The notes below the pieces were generated by a model. It searched no databases, had not been told where the DNA came from, and was given only the letters and a program-made list of their open reading frames with translations. The position numbers were made by a program, and so were the translations under genes. This document shows positions 37,604-38,384 of a DNA stretch of 38,384 nt, in pieces. Every line of letters begins with the position of its first letter. The stretch's first letter is position 1. The stretch covers positions 1-38,384 of the IMG/VR virus record IMGVR_UViG_3300045988_055146; one strand, given 5' to 3'. The stretch is from a virus.

Positions 37604-37616
37604 TTTTCTTTCCTCC

Positions 37617-37645
37617 TTGTTTATTGGTAAATGCTGTGGTATGAT
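37617..37645 (+). promoter_or_regulatory. Plus-strand promoter with extended -10 (TTGTTT-17-TGgTATGAT)
   Basis: TTGTTT at 37617-37622, TG at 37637-37638, TATGAT at 37640-45. Confidence 0.4.
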
Positions 37646-37646
37646 G

Positions 37647-37668
37647 TTGTTGATCGGCGCTTGACGAA
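37647..37668. repeat. 22-bp inverted repeat, left arm
   Basis: TTGTTGATCGGCGCTTGACGAA is the reverse complement of 38016-38037 with one mismatch. Confidence 0.9.
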
Positions 37669-37690
37669 AGGCGGCGGCCTGTGGTATTTT
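37661..37690 (+). promoter_or_regulatory. Second plus-strand promoter (TTGACG-18-TGgTATTTT)
   Basis: TTGACG at 37661-37666 lies inside the left IR arm, and TATTTT is at 37685-37690. The 9-mer CTGTGGTAT occurs at both 37634-37642 and 37679-37687. Confidence 0.4.
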
Positions 37691-37960
37691 TTTCTTGTCC
37701 GGACGGAAAGGGGTGTTGCCTTATGGGGGAATTCCTCTTCGGCAAAATGATTCCTTTCATGTGTTCCCCTGTCTGATCTGACAGCCGCCTACATACTGGC
37801 CAAGGTTACGGACGCCAGCGTGTCGCTTACGAAAGTCGGCGGTGCCGCTGTTAAGCAATCGTCTGTTCCGATTGACACCGTGGGGGCCGCCCCCTGTCTG
37901 CCGCACATTGCGGAATAGCTGAACCGGTGTCTGCACAGCGGCGGGAACATAAAGCAGAGG

Positions 37961-37994
37961 GAGCGCACCGGGAGAGCAGCCCGGCGTGCTCTTT
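37961..37994 (+). terminator. Terminator-like hairpin inside the non-coding segment
   Basis: GAGCGCACCGGG-AGAGCAG-CCCGGCGTGCTC forms a 12-bp stem with one mismatch and one G-U pair, followed by TTTCTCC. Confidence 0.45.
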
Positions 37995-38015
37995 CTCCGC
38001 CCGCGGCCTCCGCCC

Positions 38016-38037
38016 TTCGTCAAGCGCTGATCAACAA
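38016..38037. repeat. 22-bp inverted repeat, right arm
   Basis: TTCGTCAAGCGCTGATCAACAA is the reverse complement of 37647-37668 with one mismatch. It ends 23 nt before the ATG at 38061. Confidence 0.9.
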
Positions 38038-38060
38038 AATATAGAAAGGATACTTGCTCT

Positions 38061-38366
38061 ATGACTACTCTTGCTGTCTTCCTCTCGCTCATCCTCGGTC
38101 TGCTTCTTTGGTCCGTGCTCGCATTGCTTGGTCTGCCGTATCTGTTGATTGCCTGTGCTGACCTTGCGCTTCTGTACTGGCTTCCGCGTCTCGTATGCTG
38201 CCGGCGCGGCAATCCCGCTCTCGCTCAGCAAACAGTCGGTGTCCTCATTATCGTCTGCTGCGGTATCGTTATGTTTGCCGACCGCGCAGCATTCCCTAAC
38301 TTGTGGTATGTTCTGTCCGGTATCGCGCTCGTCGTTCTCTCGTTTATAAAAGTTAAGAAAGGATAA
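38061..38366 (+). CDS. Small polytopic membrane protein, function unknown
   Basis: 101-aa ORF with an AAAGGA RBS. It has three hydrophobic segments (LAVFLSLILGLLLWSVLALLGLPYLLIA, VGVLIIVCCGIVMF, WYVLSGIALVVLSFI). It is the first gene of the plus-strand lysogeny module. Confidence 0.7.
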   Translation: MTTLAVFLSLILGLLLWSVLALLGLPYLLIACADLALLYWLPRLVCCRRGNPALAQQTVGVLIIVCCGIVMFADRAAFPNLWYVLSGIALVVLSFIKVKKG

Positions 38367-38384
38367 TCAGCTATGAAAGAAAAA
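38330..38384 (+). repeat. Terminal overlap, copy 2 (identical to 1-55)
   Basis: Same 55-mer as nt 1-55. It spans the end of ORF 38061-38366 and the start of the ORF that begins at nt 44. Confidence 0.95.

Larger units (their letters stand above)
37652..37998 (+). ncRNA. Candidate ~300-345-nt GC-rich non-coding transcript (promoters at 37617-37690, terminator at 37961-37994)
   Basis: No credible ORF occurs on either strand. The region has many local hairpins: CTGTC-N6-GACAG at 37768-37783, CCGCA-CAT-TGCGG at about 37901-37913, and a GGGGG/CCCCC stem at about 37882-37894. Its class is unknown. Confidence 0.3.
1..38384. mobile_element. Complete circularly closed temperate phage / excised prophage genome (unit length 38,329 bp)
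   Basis: nt 1-55 are identical to nt 38330-38384, so the contig closes on itself. It contains an integrase + repressor-like lysogeny module, an early operon, and a terminase-portal-capsid-tail-lysis late operon. Most genes have AGGAGG-type RBSs. Confidence 0.85.

Noticed and set aside
37647-38037. MITE or IS-derived element with target-site duplication
   Set aside because: The sequences flanking the two 22-bp arms (..GGTATGATG on the left, AATATAGAA.. on the right) show no direct duplication, and no transposase is present. I keep this only as a minor alternative in the finding.
37650-38060. tRNA, tmRNA or known riboswitch in the long non-coding segment
   Set aside because: I could find no cloverleaf, no T-arm GGTTCGAATCC-like box, and no recognisable riboswitch core motif by eye. 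The RNA class is left open.
37757-38212. 151-aa minus-strand ORF spanning the non-coding segment and the start of the membrane-protein gene
   Set aside because: It is Arg/Gly-rich with no RBS, and is antisense to a convincing hydrophobic ORF at its 5' end. The region is better explained as regulatory or non-coding.

Overview
The window is one complete, circularly closed temperate phage genome. The first 55 nt equal the last 55 nt, giving a unit length of 38,329 bp. It is visibly G+C-rich, and most genes have near-consensus AGGAGG ribosome-binding sites, so I infer a high-GC Bacillota (Clostridia-like) host; this is inference only.

Layout:
(i) A plus-strand lysogeny module wraps the window ends. 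It holds two small membrane proteins (38061-38366 and 44-370), a CI-like XRE regulator (512-919), and a membrane-anchored HTH (1324-1806) translationally coupled to a large serine integrase (1803-3395).
(ii) A very long minus-strand late operon runs 31697 -> 6365. It encodes a small ORF, TerS, TerL, portal, a phage-encoded Prp protease, a Q/T-rich protein, a 2,961-aa giant virion protein, scaffold and major capsid. These are followed by adaptor-like and nozzle-like proteins, a BppU-like tail fibre with collagen repeats and a metallophosphoesterase domain, endolysin and holin. A six-gene cassette of low-complexity / Cys-rich proteins follows (6348 -> 3438). No tail-tube, sheath or tape-measure gene is visible, so I infer a short-tailed virion.
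(iii) A minus-strand early operon runs 37603 -> 32498, with about 17 tightly coupled small genes. These include an HUH Rep-like initiator, a VRR-NUC nuclease, an orphan DNA methyltransferase, a tandem-HTH regulator and Zn-ribbon / Cys-rich proteins.
(iv) A short self-contained plus-strand operon lies at 31834-32490.

Most noteworthy observations:
- The 31834-32490 unit has canonical acr-aca architecture: a strong promoter with a TATCAC-N7-GTGATA operator, an acidic 97-aa ORF and a 75-aa HTH. It ends in a solitary type I-C-like CRISPR repeat (GTCAGGCGGGAAACCGCCTGTGGATTGAAAC) just before a terminator. This is a candidate combined protein + RNA anti-CRISPR locus. A second, more degenerate repeat-like hairpin ending in ATTGAAAC lies at 3435-3467.
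- A phage-encoded Prp protease is present, and matching WLQYF|AD motifs sit at the N-termini of both scaffold and capsid.
- A complete PG_binding_1-like wall-binding domain lies in the -1 frame just past the annotated endolysin stop.
- The giant 2,961-aa head-module protein has an HExxH motif and an A+T-rich inserted domain.
- A 47-bp element ending in TATAAT is duplicated exactly in front of two late transcription units.
- A ~350-bp non-coding segment flanked by 22-bp inverted repeats, with its own promoters and terminator, sits between the lytic and lysogenic modules.

All functional calls rest on motifs read by eye. No database search, alignment or computed statistic was run.
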